A DNA stretch of 64,000 nt from Raja brachyura (lineage: Eukaryota), in NCBI GenBank assembly GCA_963514005.1, contig OY740810.1:19654001-19718000 (forward strand), written 5' to 3'. Positions 50,272 to 62,400 of the stretch are shown here, piece by piece. The position numbers and the translations under genes were made by a program. Position 1 is the first letter of the stretch, and each line of letters begins with the position of its first letter. Under the pieces are notes generated by a model that ran no database searches, was not told where the DNA came from, and was given only the letters and a program-made list of their open reading frames with translations.

Positions 50272-51899
50272 AGGTGGTGTTTCGAGTTGGGGACCTTCTT
50301 CAGACTGAATGCTTAGAGTACATGGGAGGTCAATCAACTGACTATTTTGCCAATACACAATTCAGAGTCACACCCAAGAACCGGGCAGGTTTTCAAAACA
50401 ATTTAATCTAAAGATCACCATTATCAATGAGCATTTTACTGCATATTTGATACTGTGGTAGGATACAAATACATGATTCTGGGTCACAAATCCAACCTTT
50501 CAATTACCCACACAGTCACTTAACCACAACGCTACCGCGTGATTGGTTCTTTTCTGCATCCTCACATCAAAAGACAGTTAAGCCAATTGAATTTCATATG
50601 ACATCAGGCAGCAAATGGATACAACAGAAATAGCAAAGATTCTTCAGTCTCAACCACAATCCAACTGCAATACCTTACAACTGCTCACTATAACAGTGGT
50701 ACCTGACAAGGAGATGGACTGTGGTACTTCTTGACCAAAGTGCAGGACAGTTCCAATTGGTAATCCCCCCAATACAGTCTATTAGTAAATAACTAGTGAA
50801 ATGGTGGAAGATGGTGTCGAGAACACCGTCAAGCAGTTCTGTTTGTCCCACTGAATTCCTCCATCAGTTTGTTGCTTACTCACCCATTGACTTGTTCATG
50901 GAAGGTCAATCAGTGCTAGGCCACACCGCTCTAGGCTTCCATTCCCCAAATGATAGATGGACAAAGGGATTGAATTACCCAGATGAGTTGTGAGTGATTG
51001 CCTTTGGCGTCAAGACAGCATTTGACCAAATGTGGCATCAAGAAGCCCTGGTAACATTTAAAATCAATACAAATTAGGAGAGAAACTCAGCATCAATCAG
51101 TCAGGTTGATTTGGTTTATTGGCGGTACTTTGTTTATATGAAAGAAGCTCAGTGTAGACCCAGCCAACAGTCCCTGCCAGTGGGAACGCAAAAGTGAGGA
51201 CAAATATTTTTTTATGTTCACTCGATGGTAAGATGAATCACTAAGTAAGATCTATAATAAAAGAGTTCAGTCTACAGCCACTGCTCCTGACTGGTGAGAT
51301 TTAATGCCAGGAGCACAGCAGCAATCATGTTTTCTACCAGTATTTTATGAAGTGTCCCATACCTCTCAAGATGGCGATCCCGCAGTTGATTCAATGCCTA
51401 TCCTCTGACAGGCTCATGCCCTGGATCTCTACCACACTTTCAAGGTTGGAAGAATAGTCCAAGTAGTTTTGGATTTTGAGTATTGTTCTGTTGTCAATTT
51501 CCTCAATCTGATTAATGAACACACAAGAAAAACAATTCAATAAAACCTCTATTCAATCTTTTACTGTTGATGGAAGGACATTTTCTACTTGTATTTGTTG
51601 GTGTATTAAGTTACATCTCTAATTTTGTACAGCTGTCTTGAATGCTAAATTGAATATTGAACTAAATTCAATTCAGTTAGAGTTGTCTTCCAAACTAAGT
51701 CATGTCAAATTAAACAAAACATTCTTCATCATCATTATTGCAGCTCCAGGGGAATGTAGTTGGAAAAGGACTCTCATAACAGACAGTGATGTGACACGAG
51801 CTATTATTAGGTCTCTTCAAAGCATCCCAAATTATTTGAGGTACGACTACCGATTACAGCTGCCAGTGCATAGAATACCTATAAATAAGCAATAGCCAT

Positions 51900-52870
51900 T
51901 TTTACTGCCGGGGATGAACTTTCTCCTCCTAGGCAGAGCAAGGATAGAATTCCCTGTTCCTCACTCTCCACCCTACCAGCCTTTGCATTCAATGGTTCAT
52001 CCTTCACAAGTTGCAACAGTTCCAACAAGATTTTACCGGACACAAATTGTCCCTAGTCGCTAAGCATTGTGAAGAGAGCTCTAGGTGATTCTATGGTCTG
52101 CTTGTCCACACTAAGGACTCTGCTCCTTCTATAACTTTCCCCCATGCATCACAAGAGATGCAGCACCTTTCCTTTCATTCTTTTCACCATCTAAGGAAGA
52201 CCGCATTATGAACGCAGGGCAAATGCAGTGCATCATCTGGAAGAAACCAAATGCAATTCAGGTGACTTTTTTGCGAAGCACCCGAGCTTAGTCTGCAGAA
52301 GTGACCAAGCTTCCAGTTACCTGCTGTTTTAATATTCCATCCCATTCCCATGCTATCCTATGGCCTCATGCATTGTTACAAAACGGGGCCAATGTAAGAG
52401 GTGCAGGAAATAAGCGAGATGCATTCAAGGGCTTGGTCAATCATGGAAGAAGGGAAGGCACCTCAATTGTGAATATGCTGCAGCCCGATTCGTTGCTTTC
52501 TCTGACTTTCAGAACTGGCCATTTCTGCCATGAAACATCCATCAGATATTGGCCCAGTTTTTCCTCTGCCCATTAGCAAAGCCTGTCATGCCAGGCACGA
52601 CTGGTGGCCCAGCATTATGCAACAATTTATGCTGCTCTCTCTGCTTTTTCCAACTGTTGCCAATAACACATCAATCAATCAGTATTGCTCCACAGCAACC
52701 CTACCCTTATCCTATCACCTTTATCTTAGCCATTACTCTTCTCATCTTCACAGCAACTTGCTATTCCTCTTTTCCAGTTTATACACAGGGTCTTCACCTG
52801 AAACGGTAACGGTTTCACTTTCCACAGACACGGCCTAAAGGCTAAAAGTTTTCAGATTTCTGTTTTATTT
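51900..52870 (+). mobile_element. Highly degraded Penelope-like element
   Basis: gaaaccaaatgcaattcaggtgac..gcgaagcacc..cttccagttacctgctgttttaat..cccattccca parallels the GIY-YIG region; terminal-repeat remnant near 52790-52860. Confidence 0.55.
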
Positions 52871-54033
52871 CCGATTTTAAGTTTGCGCAGAAACGGGGAT
52901 GTTCACTTTCATTGATCATCATGCACTTTCACTTGTAGAACTTCAGCAAATGAAACATCGCATGATTCAACACAATATGACCTAAACATTCAGGCATGTA
53001 ATGTTTGTGTTACAAATGCCAGCAATCACCAAGTGCAACAACATTCGAGCCACTTATACCAAAATGCCATTGCCGAATCCCCCACCGTCAACATTCCGTG
53101 GAACTCAGTAATTAATTAGAAACTAAACTGGGCAAGCCACAAATACAGTGGCGACAAAATACAATCACAGACTGGCTATTTTGGTGGTTAGTGACTCCCA
53201 AGACCTAGCCACCATCTGAAAGCACAAGGCAGGGGTGATGGAACATTTCACGTGCCGAGGTGTATAGCAAAAACAACTCAAACAATTGATTTTATGAAAA
53301 AAAGTAATGGCAACTAACTTTATTGGCACCCATTAACCACCCTAAATATCGATTCCCTCATCCACAGCACTCATTACATTGTGTACCATGTAAAATGCAC
53401 AGCAGTTACTCATCCAGGCTACTCCAACTGTATCTCCCATATCTGCAATCTCTACAACCAAGGAGGGCAAGAGCAGCAATTGCATGGGAAAGCCATGTCA
53501 TGAATCATTTGGATTGTCAAATATATTGCCTGTCCTTTGTCACTGGCTCCAAATCCTAGAACTCTTCAAGAGCAGCACTATGGAAGCACCCTCACCAGGA
53601 GGATTGAAGTGGTACAATAACAAAGCTAAATATCATATTCTTAGAGATGGGCAATAGACATTGGCTATGCTAGCAATGTCCAGATCCCAATAATGACTAT
53701 GAAACAATTATTCAGTTTGAGAATCTCACTGCATGTTCTTATATAGAGGTATACACCGAACATTAAACTGGGAATGGACAGGATTTTCAGTGAATGTCTA
53801 CCAATAGGCCTCACTTAAAGAAACCAAAAGAAACAAATCCATTTGAAATTGTCGATCCAATCGAAAACAAATGAATCTTAAAGCAGAAAAACTAAATTCA
53901 AATAAAGCTGCCAAAAAGCTCATCCCAACCAAGTACCTCCGAAACAATTGCTACGCAAACAGAAACTTGATGAATATAAAAACATGATATCCACATGGGT
54001 TGAATAATCAGCAAACTATTTAAGCTTACTGGT

Positions 54034-55790
54034 CAAACAACTGTGAATAGACTCAGAATGCTGGAGTAACTCAGTTGGTCAGACAGCATGTCTGGAGAAA
54101 AGGAATAGGTGACGTTTTGGGTTGAGACCCTTCTTTAGACTGAGAATCAGGGATACATCTCACTGTGGTCTGCTTTGTTTTACCTAATCTGAACAGCCTG
54201 CTTGCTGATTAAAGGTAGTAAATAACATCCCATTGTTAGTCTTAGTGAGATTTGTTTGAATGCTTAATAGTATTAAAGTTAATGGAAATGGAACATTCTA
54301 TATTAGTGGCAAGAAATTATATTTTCTCTATTTCTCCAGCTTTATGTGAATCTTGAAAAAAACAAAAATACTACTGGGTATAAAACCCACTTTGGCAATA
54401 AATCTTGAAACCTTGTCCATCTTTCCTATGATCAGCAAAAAGAAAATTGAACATGATATATAATGAGAGGCAGTGGTGTTATCAGTTTTGCAATTCTAAT
54501 CAGGGAAATTTTGCCTTGATATTTGCAGCAAGAATTAAATCAATGCTGTTATATAGCGCTTGTGAAAATTCTCGCCAGGCAGGAACGCTCCTTACCTAGA
54601 TAGTCAGGCTTGTTCTATTCTGTATTGCGGCCTGAATAAAATGGTTTAAATTGTAAATAAAAGGGTCTACTCTTTTAAACAAGTTCAACTTATGGTTTAC
54701 TCATGGACAACCAAAAACAATAGAGTCATAGTCATAGAGTGATACAACTTGGACAACCAGAAGCAATTGAGTCATAGAGTCATAGAATGATACAACATGG
54801 GCCTTCGGCCTAACTTGCCCACACCGGCCATATCCCAGCTACACTAGTCCCACCTGCCTGCGTTTGGTCCATATCCCTCCAAACCTGTCCTATTCATGGA
54901 CCTGTCTAACTGTTCCTTAAACTTTGGGATAGTCCCAGCCTCAACTACCTCCTCTGGCAGTTTGTTCCATATACCCACCACCTTTGTGTGAATAGTCTGA
55001 CCAGAAATCAAATTCAGTAACTCAGTTCAGTTCAATTGCTCAAGCTATAACCAGGAACACGAGTTGGTCCGGACTGCTAAGGGCAGACTAGTTTGTCCTC
55101 TTGATTTCTATAAATGTTGTACTAATCCTGCAGGCTTCAACCAATGTCGTTTCTGCGACTCCAAAGGCAACCATTTGTCAGGAAGATGACAAGGTTTTGA
55201 ATTTTACAGCATAGAGAAAATCATTTGCTATCGCTCTCTTAACAAGGTATCCACTCAAACTGACTTGCCTCATCTTCACCAAACAATTTTTCATTTATTT
55301 TAATCAATGCAGACACCAGTTTTTTTGCATCAAAATGTTTTGGTCCTGAGCATGAACTAGATTTTGAAATGAAATTTGCTCCAGTGTCTCTCGCCTTGTC
55401 AAATAAGCCCAAACAGTACCCTTAATTTGTGGCTTCAATTGCATTGGATTCCTTCCTGAAGCACAACTTTAAATTAGACTAATTTCTAACAAAACCTAAC
55501 ACACGGGCTGTATGGATTTAATTCAGCTTTCTGCATTCAAATGTTAATCTTAAATTCTATTCTGTATATCCTGGCAAGCCAGTGTCATCAATGGGATGTT
55601 ATTTACTACCTTTAATCAGCAAGCAGGCTGTTCAGATTAGGTAAAACAAAGCAGACCACAGTGAGATGTATCCCTGATTCTCAGTCTAAAGAAGGGTCTC
55701 AACCCAAAACGTCACCTATTCCTTTTCTCCAGACATGCTGTCTGACCAACTGAGTTACTCCAGCATTCTGAGTCTATTCACAGTTGTTTG
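54034..55790. repeat. Perfect 202-bp inverted repeat (arms 54034-54235 and 55589-55790)
   Basis: Base-by-base comparison shows the arms are exact reverse complements; spacer 1353 bp. Confidence 0.95.
54720..54990 (-). mobile_element. CR1 3' fragment with duplicated (gagtcata)n tail
   Basis: gagtcata repeats, ggcccttcggcc-like end, ccatatccctccaaacctgtcc, actacctcctctggcag. Confidence 0.8.
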
Positions 55791-57379
55791 CATAATGTAG
55801 GTTTCTGCTCTCACTCCATCACATTTTCTATTTTCCACCTTCCCTCACTTTACCTTTGTCAGTTTTCAATTCTTCCCTTCCTTTTGAATTGTAGTGAAAG
55901 GGAGAAGAAGATTTTTTACTATTTCTAACAATTCTCTTGAAACCCCATTGATCTGAAACATCAAGGTTTGCTGTCTCCACAGATGCTGCCTGATGTGTTG
56001 AGCATCAGAGACTTTTGTTTTTACTGTCCAAAATATATAGTGAATGCTCAAGTACAATGCCAGCCCAAGATCACACCATGCCAGAGAGAAGTTGAGATGC
56101 CAACACAGTGAATCTGTAACTAATTGAAATAAATTGATTAGGAATAAACAGGTTTAAGTGGGTAAATAGAGGCAGTGCACATTTAAACCCAATGGCATGA
56201 ACACGGCTCTCTCAATTTTAGGTAACACACCCTCCTCTCTCTTCTTCCGCCCACCCCTTTCTGTGGACCACCTGGTCTTGCACTCTTTCTCCCCTCCATC
56301 TTCCCCTCTCCCCTTCCACCTAGATTTCTTCCTTTAGCTTCACAATTTGCATCTCTTCAATCTGTCGCACACCATCTTTTCACCTCTAGCCTTAGCCCAC
56401 CATCTGCCTATGAACAAACCCCTTCCCCCCCACCTCGATCAACCTATTCCCTGCCAGGATTCTTCATGCCCCCCCTCCCCCACACAATCGGTCTGAAACG
56501 TCACCTATTCATGTCCTCCAGAGATGTTCCCGAACCGCTGAGTACTCCTGCACTTTGTATCTTTTTTGTAAAGCAGCATTTGTATTTCTTTGCATTCATC
56601 TGCACTATACAATTCTAATTGACACTGGTTGCATAGAGTATAGTTTGGAAAGCTAAACAAATCTAATAAATTAGTGGCCTTCTGTTAACGAGTGGTCTTC
56701 TCAAGTAAAACGTTCTTCCTGCATTTCATTCAGTTCATTTTTCAAATAATCGAAATAAGAATCTAAATAAAAGTAGGATCAAAGACAAAAACGCCTCAGA
56801 GCAAAGACTATTCGAATACAAGGACTGCAAGAAGTCTCACTCCAGCAGAAAGATTATGGCATTTGTAGCGATGTATTTAATGATCAAAGTACTCAGAACA
56901 TGAGCACATACCACACACACAAATCCACTGCAGGATCTAACTCAGAATGTTGATTTATTTTCCCTTTAGACTCTTTCTGACTGGCTTGCCATGTATTTCC
57001 CGTTTTAGTTCAGATTTCTTTAAATGCCCATGTTTTTGTTGCCGATATTTTTGTTTGCCTAGATTTTACCAAACAATTGCAGGTTGCTTGAACCGTAGAA
57101 TTCGCCGCATGGCCGTCCTGGGACTCGCTGCAAACATATTTGCTACAACATTTCTCCACCACTCACCCATCCACCCGGCACTGCAGCGCTAGAAATATCT
57201 GCTTGTTTACCAAGAGTTGCACTACGTTTGAGTTTCATGAAAACTATCTTAAATGAGTTTACCATATGTCTTGTAAATTTCAAAGCAGCAGGAAATTAGT
57301 CGTGCGAGCGGGAGGGCGGTGGTATAAGTTAAAATACACGAGATTGAATAATTTCTGCCCAGACCATTATAATATAACG

Positions 57380-58020
57380 TGTCGGAAGGAACTGCAGATA
57401 GTTTCGGGTCGAGACACTTCTTCAGACTGACCAGTCTAAAGCAGGGTCTCGATCCGAAATGTCGTCCATTCCTTCTCTCCAGAAATGCTGCCTCACTCGC
57501 TGAGTTACTCCAGCATTTTGTGTCTACTTTCGATTTAAACCAGCATCTGCAGTTTTTTTCTTACACAAAGGAACTGCAGATGCTGGTTTACACCGAAAGT
57601 AGACGGAAAATGCCGGAGTAACTCAGCGGGCGAGGCAGCATCTCCGGAGAGAATGAATAGGTGACGTTTGGTGTCGAGATTGTTCTTCACCGCGGGTCAT
57701 GTAAACCCGACACGAAGGGATGTGGAAAATTGTGGCTTTTAATATAACGGAAGTAGACACAAAATACTGGAGTTACTCAGCGGGACAGGCAGCATTTGTG
57801 GAGAGATGGAATGGGTGACGTTTCGGGTCGAGCCCCTCGTCAGTCTTCCATTTAAACCAGCATCTGCAGTTCTTTCCTCCGCTTTTAATACAACGCCGGA
57901 ATTAGAAATTGTAAACAGTGATACGTAAGAAGGAACTGCGGATGCTAGTTTACACCGAAGATTGACATAAAATGCGAGAGCAAATCAGCAGGACGTTTCG
58001 GGTTGAGACCCTTCTTCAGA
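57380..58020. repeat. Cluster of about 5 Penelope-derived short repeats in alternating orientation
   Basis: Repeated gaaggaactgcagatgctggttta, ggagtaactcagcggg and gacgtttcgggtcgagacc blocks. Confidence 0.85.
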
Positions 58021-59438
58021 CAAATAGGGATGTTGTGTGGGAAGTAATTGGTCAGATTGTAAATCATTTCATTGGCTGCTCTTTATGCGACGTGGAAGTT
58101 TACAACTTCATTTTTATTTTGCGGTTATAAATCCTGCAATAAACCACGAGTAGCTTCAATAACACAGCTGGGAAGCTAGCAGTGGCTTCTGTAAACACCT
58201 GCTCCCGTAGCCTTGCAGGTCACTTCCGCCTTTTCATTCGCTACCCTTTAACGCCAAACCATTGTTTAACATCAATTGGAACATTTTACGTCAATTGTTA
58301 AAACATTCGCAACAAGCAAATAACAAAAAGCAAATCACATGGGACAAGAAACGTACACGGTTAATGTTTCGATTAATATTTATAAAATGCACGTGTTCAT
58401 TCTGTTGAACAATATCCTCAGCTATTAATCAAATAATTAAACAAGTTATATGGGACAGTAATTTTTTACATTTTCGGTTCATATTTATAATTTAAGTCAT
58501 GTTACATTCTATTCCACAAATGTAAACAACATATACTGAAATCTAGTTTTAGTACCATAATTGTTAAGTTGCCTCAATTTCGACAATTTAAGATTGTTTT
58601 TTTAATAACTGCCCCAAATTGGGGTCATGGCATTTAAAATCTATTCTCCCACAATTTTGCCAGGATTACTGCCTGGAAAGATCAGCGAAAGTCTCAGTTG
58701 TAAATGCGAATAAGAAATAAAATCGAAAACAGTCGCCAACCCGCAGCTGAAAGAGCTGGTTGGAGATCTCTAGATGCTGCGGAATCCGTTTAGCGTATCC
58801 AGAATTTTTCACTCGGTTTTAAAATAATTTATATTTAATGCACTAAACGTATACACAATGCGTGATATTTAGAACAACTAATTTGAAGGTCAAATACATC
58901 AATATTCTATTTTGATATGACCATGTATATTGAAAATATTATTCCCACATTGTTAAACAGATGCAAACTTGAAGTGTAAATCCCGTACTCGGCGATAACT
59001 ACGGCAAAGAAGCAAGCCATTCGGTCCGTCAAACTTGTACTAGCTCTGTGTTAGGGTAATTCAGTTAGTCTCACCATAGATAGACGCTAAATGCTGGAGT
59101 AACTCAGCGGGACAGGCAGCGCCAATGGAGAGAAGGAATGGATGACGCTTCTTCAGACAAACAGGGATGTTGCATGGGATGTAATTGGTGAGAATGGAAA
59201 TAATTTCGCTGGTTGATAGTTATGCGATGTGAAATTTTACAGCTTCATTTTTATTTTGCGGTTATAAATTCTCCAATAAACCACGAGAAGCTTAAAAATA
59301 CAGCTGAGAAGCTCGTAGTGGCTTCTCTCCACACCTGCTCATGTGGCCTTTCAGACAACTTCCGCCTTTTTCATTCGCTACCTTTTAACGTCAAACCTTT
59401 GTTTAACATCATTTGCAACCTTTTACGCCAATTGTTAA
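58011..59438 (+). repeat. Diverged direct duplication of a 291-bp segment (58011-58301 and 59148-59438)
   Basis: Collinear from cttcttcagacaa to caattgttaa; roughly 80% identical by eye. Confidence 0.9.
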
Positions 59439-62400
59439 TATATTTCTGTTCAAACCAGCATCTGCAGTTCCTTCCGACACACATAGTCTCACCCCGTTTG
59501 CAGATCGCTGCTCTAATAACATGCTGTGCAAGTGAAATAAAATCCCCTCGTTGCGAATTACTTCTGTTCTATGCCCTATATTTTTTTTTGAACGGTCCGC
59601 TAATGGGAACAATCTCTCTTCATTTACTCGGTCTCCACCTTCTTGATCGAGCTGCATCTCCGAACTTCTCGCAACTTAATCTGCCCCAAGAACAACTCCA
59701 ACTTCTCTAGGTCCCTCGTCCCTGTAAAGATATTTACCAAATGTTGCACCTTTAAGGCCTTCCCATCATGGCGAAGTGTGATACCAAGAAATGAATACAG
59801 TGTTTCGCACCGCTGCATTGCTTAATTGTGCATGACATAAATATGCATGACTTCCTTGTAAGAAATGACTCCCAGAATCTCACATTTACTTTCCCACATT
59901 CTACAATCTATGCACATACACTCACAGATCTGTTCTTGTCCTCTGAATTGGGCATTTTTCCATGTATTTCCCTTTTTTTTTTTAACTTCGCCATTCCCGG
60001 CATTAAATGTCGTCTGCAACCGATCCACCCATTCCACCTGCCCAACTATCTCTCTTCGTTTACCGGGCCTCAACTTTTGTTTCCACATATACATGTTATA
60101 GTACTCTACTTACACGCGTACTTTTGCTAACAGAGTACTCGATGAATTTAACCGGTAGAGCATCGGGTTGGTGCAGATTCACTGTTCGGGCTAAATAAAA
60201 ATGAAACACTGCAAAGTATAACTTTTTTTTCGGTAGAATCTATTTTCTACGTTCAAAATTCATAAGGACATCATTTCTATTTATCTAATGCATTGCACTT
60301 CCAAACGCTTCAAAACAGGACATCTGAAGAATGTGGCGGTAGGGACTGTAGATGCTGGTTTAAACCGAAGATAGACGCAAAATACTGGAGTAACTCAGCG
60401 GGTCAGACACATCTCTGGAGAAAATGAATAGCTGAAGGGTCTCGACTCGAAACGCCACCTATTCCCTTTCTCCAGAGATGCTGCCCGACTCGCTGAGTTA
60501 CTCCAGCTTTTTGTGTCTATCTGAAGTATGTGCTCGTTTCTGAAATTAACTAGAATTTGACCAACCCGGTATCGACATCTGCTGCCGCCGCTCCTATCCG
60601 CCTTGCCGCTGTGCTCCATAGAAACGGCTCCTCTGGTCTTGACTCTGGAGACAGATTCATGTGGTTACCCATCGACAGCATCTCGAATAAAAGAAACAAG
60701 ATATATACTAAATATGTATTTCTCACATTCAACTCGCATCATTGATACAGGTGAAAGCATCAAGCGAATAGATTGATAAGAAGGGTAACACGGAGAGAGA
60801 AGGGAATGCAGATGCACTAAAACATTCTAGCGAACCGGGCAACATCTCTCAACATGGATAGGTGACGTTTCGGGTCGGGCATGGTGGCGTTGCAGAAGGC
60901 TGGAAAAGAGGTGCGAGATGCCAGGCTTTGTCCTGCCCCTCCTCTCTTCCTGCTTTCCCCCCTTCCCTACTATAATCAGTCTGAAGAGGGTCTCGACCCT
61001 AAACGTCACCTATCCATGTTCTACAGAGATACTGCCTGACCAGCTTAGTTACTCCAGCATTCAGTGTGTTTTTTTTGTGCTAAAAAATGGTCTTATTTTA
61101 AAAGTAAGCAAGCCACCGGGTCAACGTGTTACAGAAACCAATGATACAAACACAACCCATCCTGCAGAGCGGGGTCATGCTCAGGACGTAAGTGGCATTA
61201 AAACAGCCTATAAATTGTATCGGAAAGATGCTCCGAGGCCCTCGGGAAGAGATGGAGATCAATAATTTGTACCCAAAAGGTCCAAATTATCTACAGCCAG
61301 CTCAAGGGTAAGATGACGTGGCTTCAACAGTCGGCAAGCAACTCGAGAGACTTTGGTAGTGGAACAATTTGTGCAATTTCACGTCAGATTTAGGTAACTA
61401 CCTCAAATCGATTGAGTTGCCTCACTGCAGGTGGGATTCCTCCGTTTATACATTGAACACCCCATTCATCCTTCATCCCAAGACCCCACTCCGGGCGCCA
61501 GCACACGCGTACGCAATCAGCAGGCGGTGGTCTTCCTTCGCCCCTGTGATGGGGAAGGGGGGCAAATGATGGAAACAATATTATTTGTTAAAGCATTTCT
61601 TTAAAGCAGTGTTTTAAAGAGCCATTGCTATTGGCAATAACCTTGACAATAGCAAAACTCAATAATGGAAAGGTCAAGAACCTGTGTGCACATCTGCTAA
61701 GGGAATATATTGTAAAATATTACGATTTTAGTGACCATTTAACACAAATCTGTTCAGATTGGAAATTATATTTCTCAGAAATTGAATTCTGATACTAATT
61801 CTCTCACCATTTGTCATGCCGGTCCTTGATGTTACATGCTGCAAATATTAAATTGCCAGGCTCTTGGCCGGCGGCTGTGCTATTCAAGTCTATAGTCAAG
61901 GTTTCACATTTTACCCCTTAGGTTCTATTCTCAAAACTAAGAGAAGGTCCGAGGACGTTTTCAGTCGGGATCTATCAAAATTAGTAAACTCATTAAGCTG
62001 TTTCCTCCGGGATTCAGTTTCCAGCAAACTTCTCAATTCATTTATTTTACCCGAGAAATTTCCAGTGGTAATCTGCATCAATAATAATTAGAGAGGTTCG
62101 TGAGAAAACCCATCCCCTATTTTCCCACCCAATAATAACGTAAACATATAAACGTAAACACATATAGGAAAGGCACGTACTTTAAAAGGCCACCCTACTG
62201 ATTTTTAAAGTTGTATAATTTAATCACAGCATATTCACTGATGATCAGCTTCCTGGCTACTGATTTGTATGTCTACTCTCACCTCGGCTCCAACCATTAA
62301 AAAAAAACAAGTTTATGTTTATAATTTGCAGTAAAAATTAAAATAGGATTGTTGCTTTAACAAATATTCATTTGGCTTAATAGAACCTGAATCAAACTGG

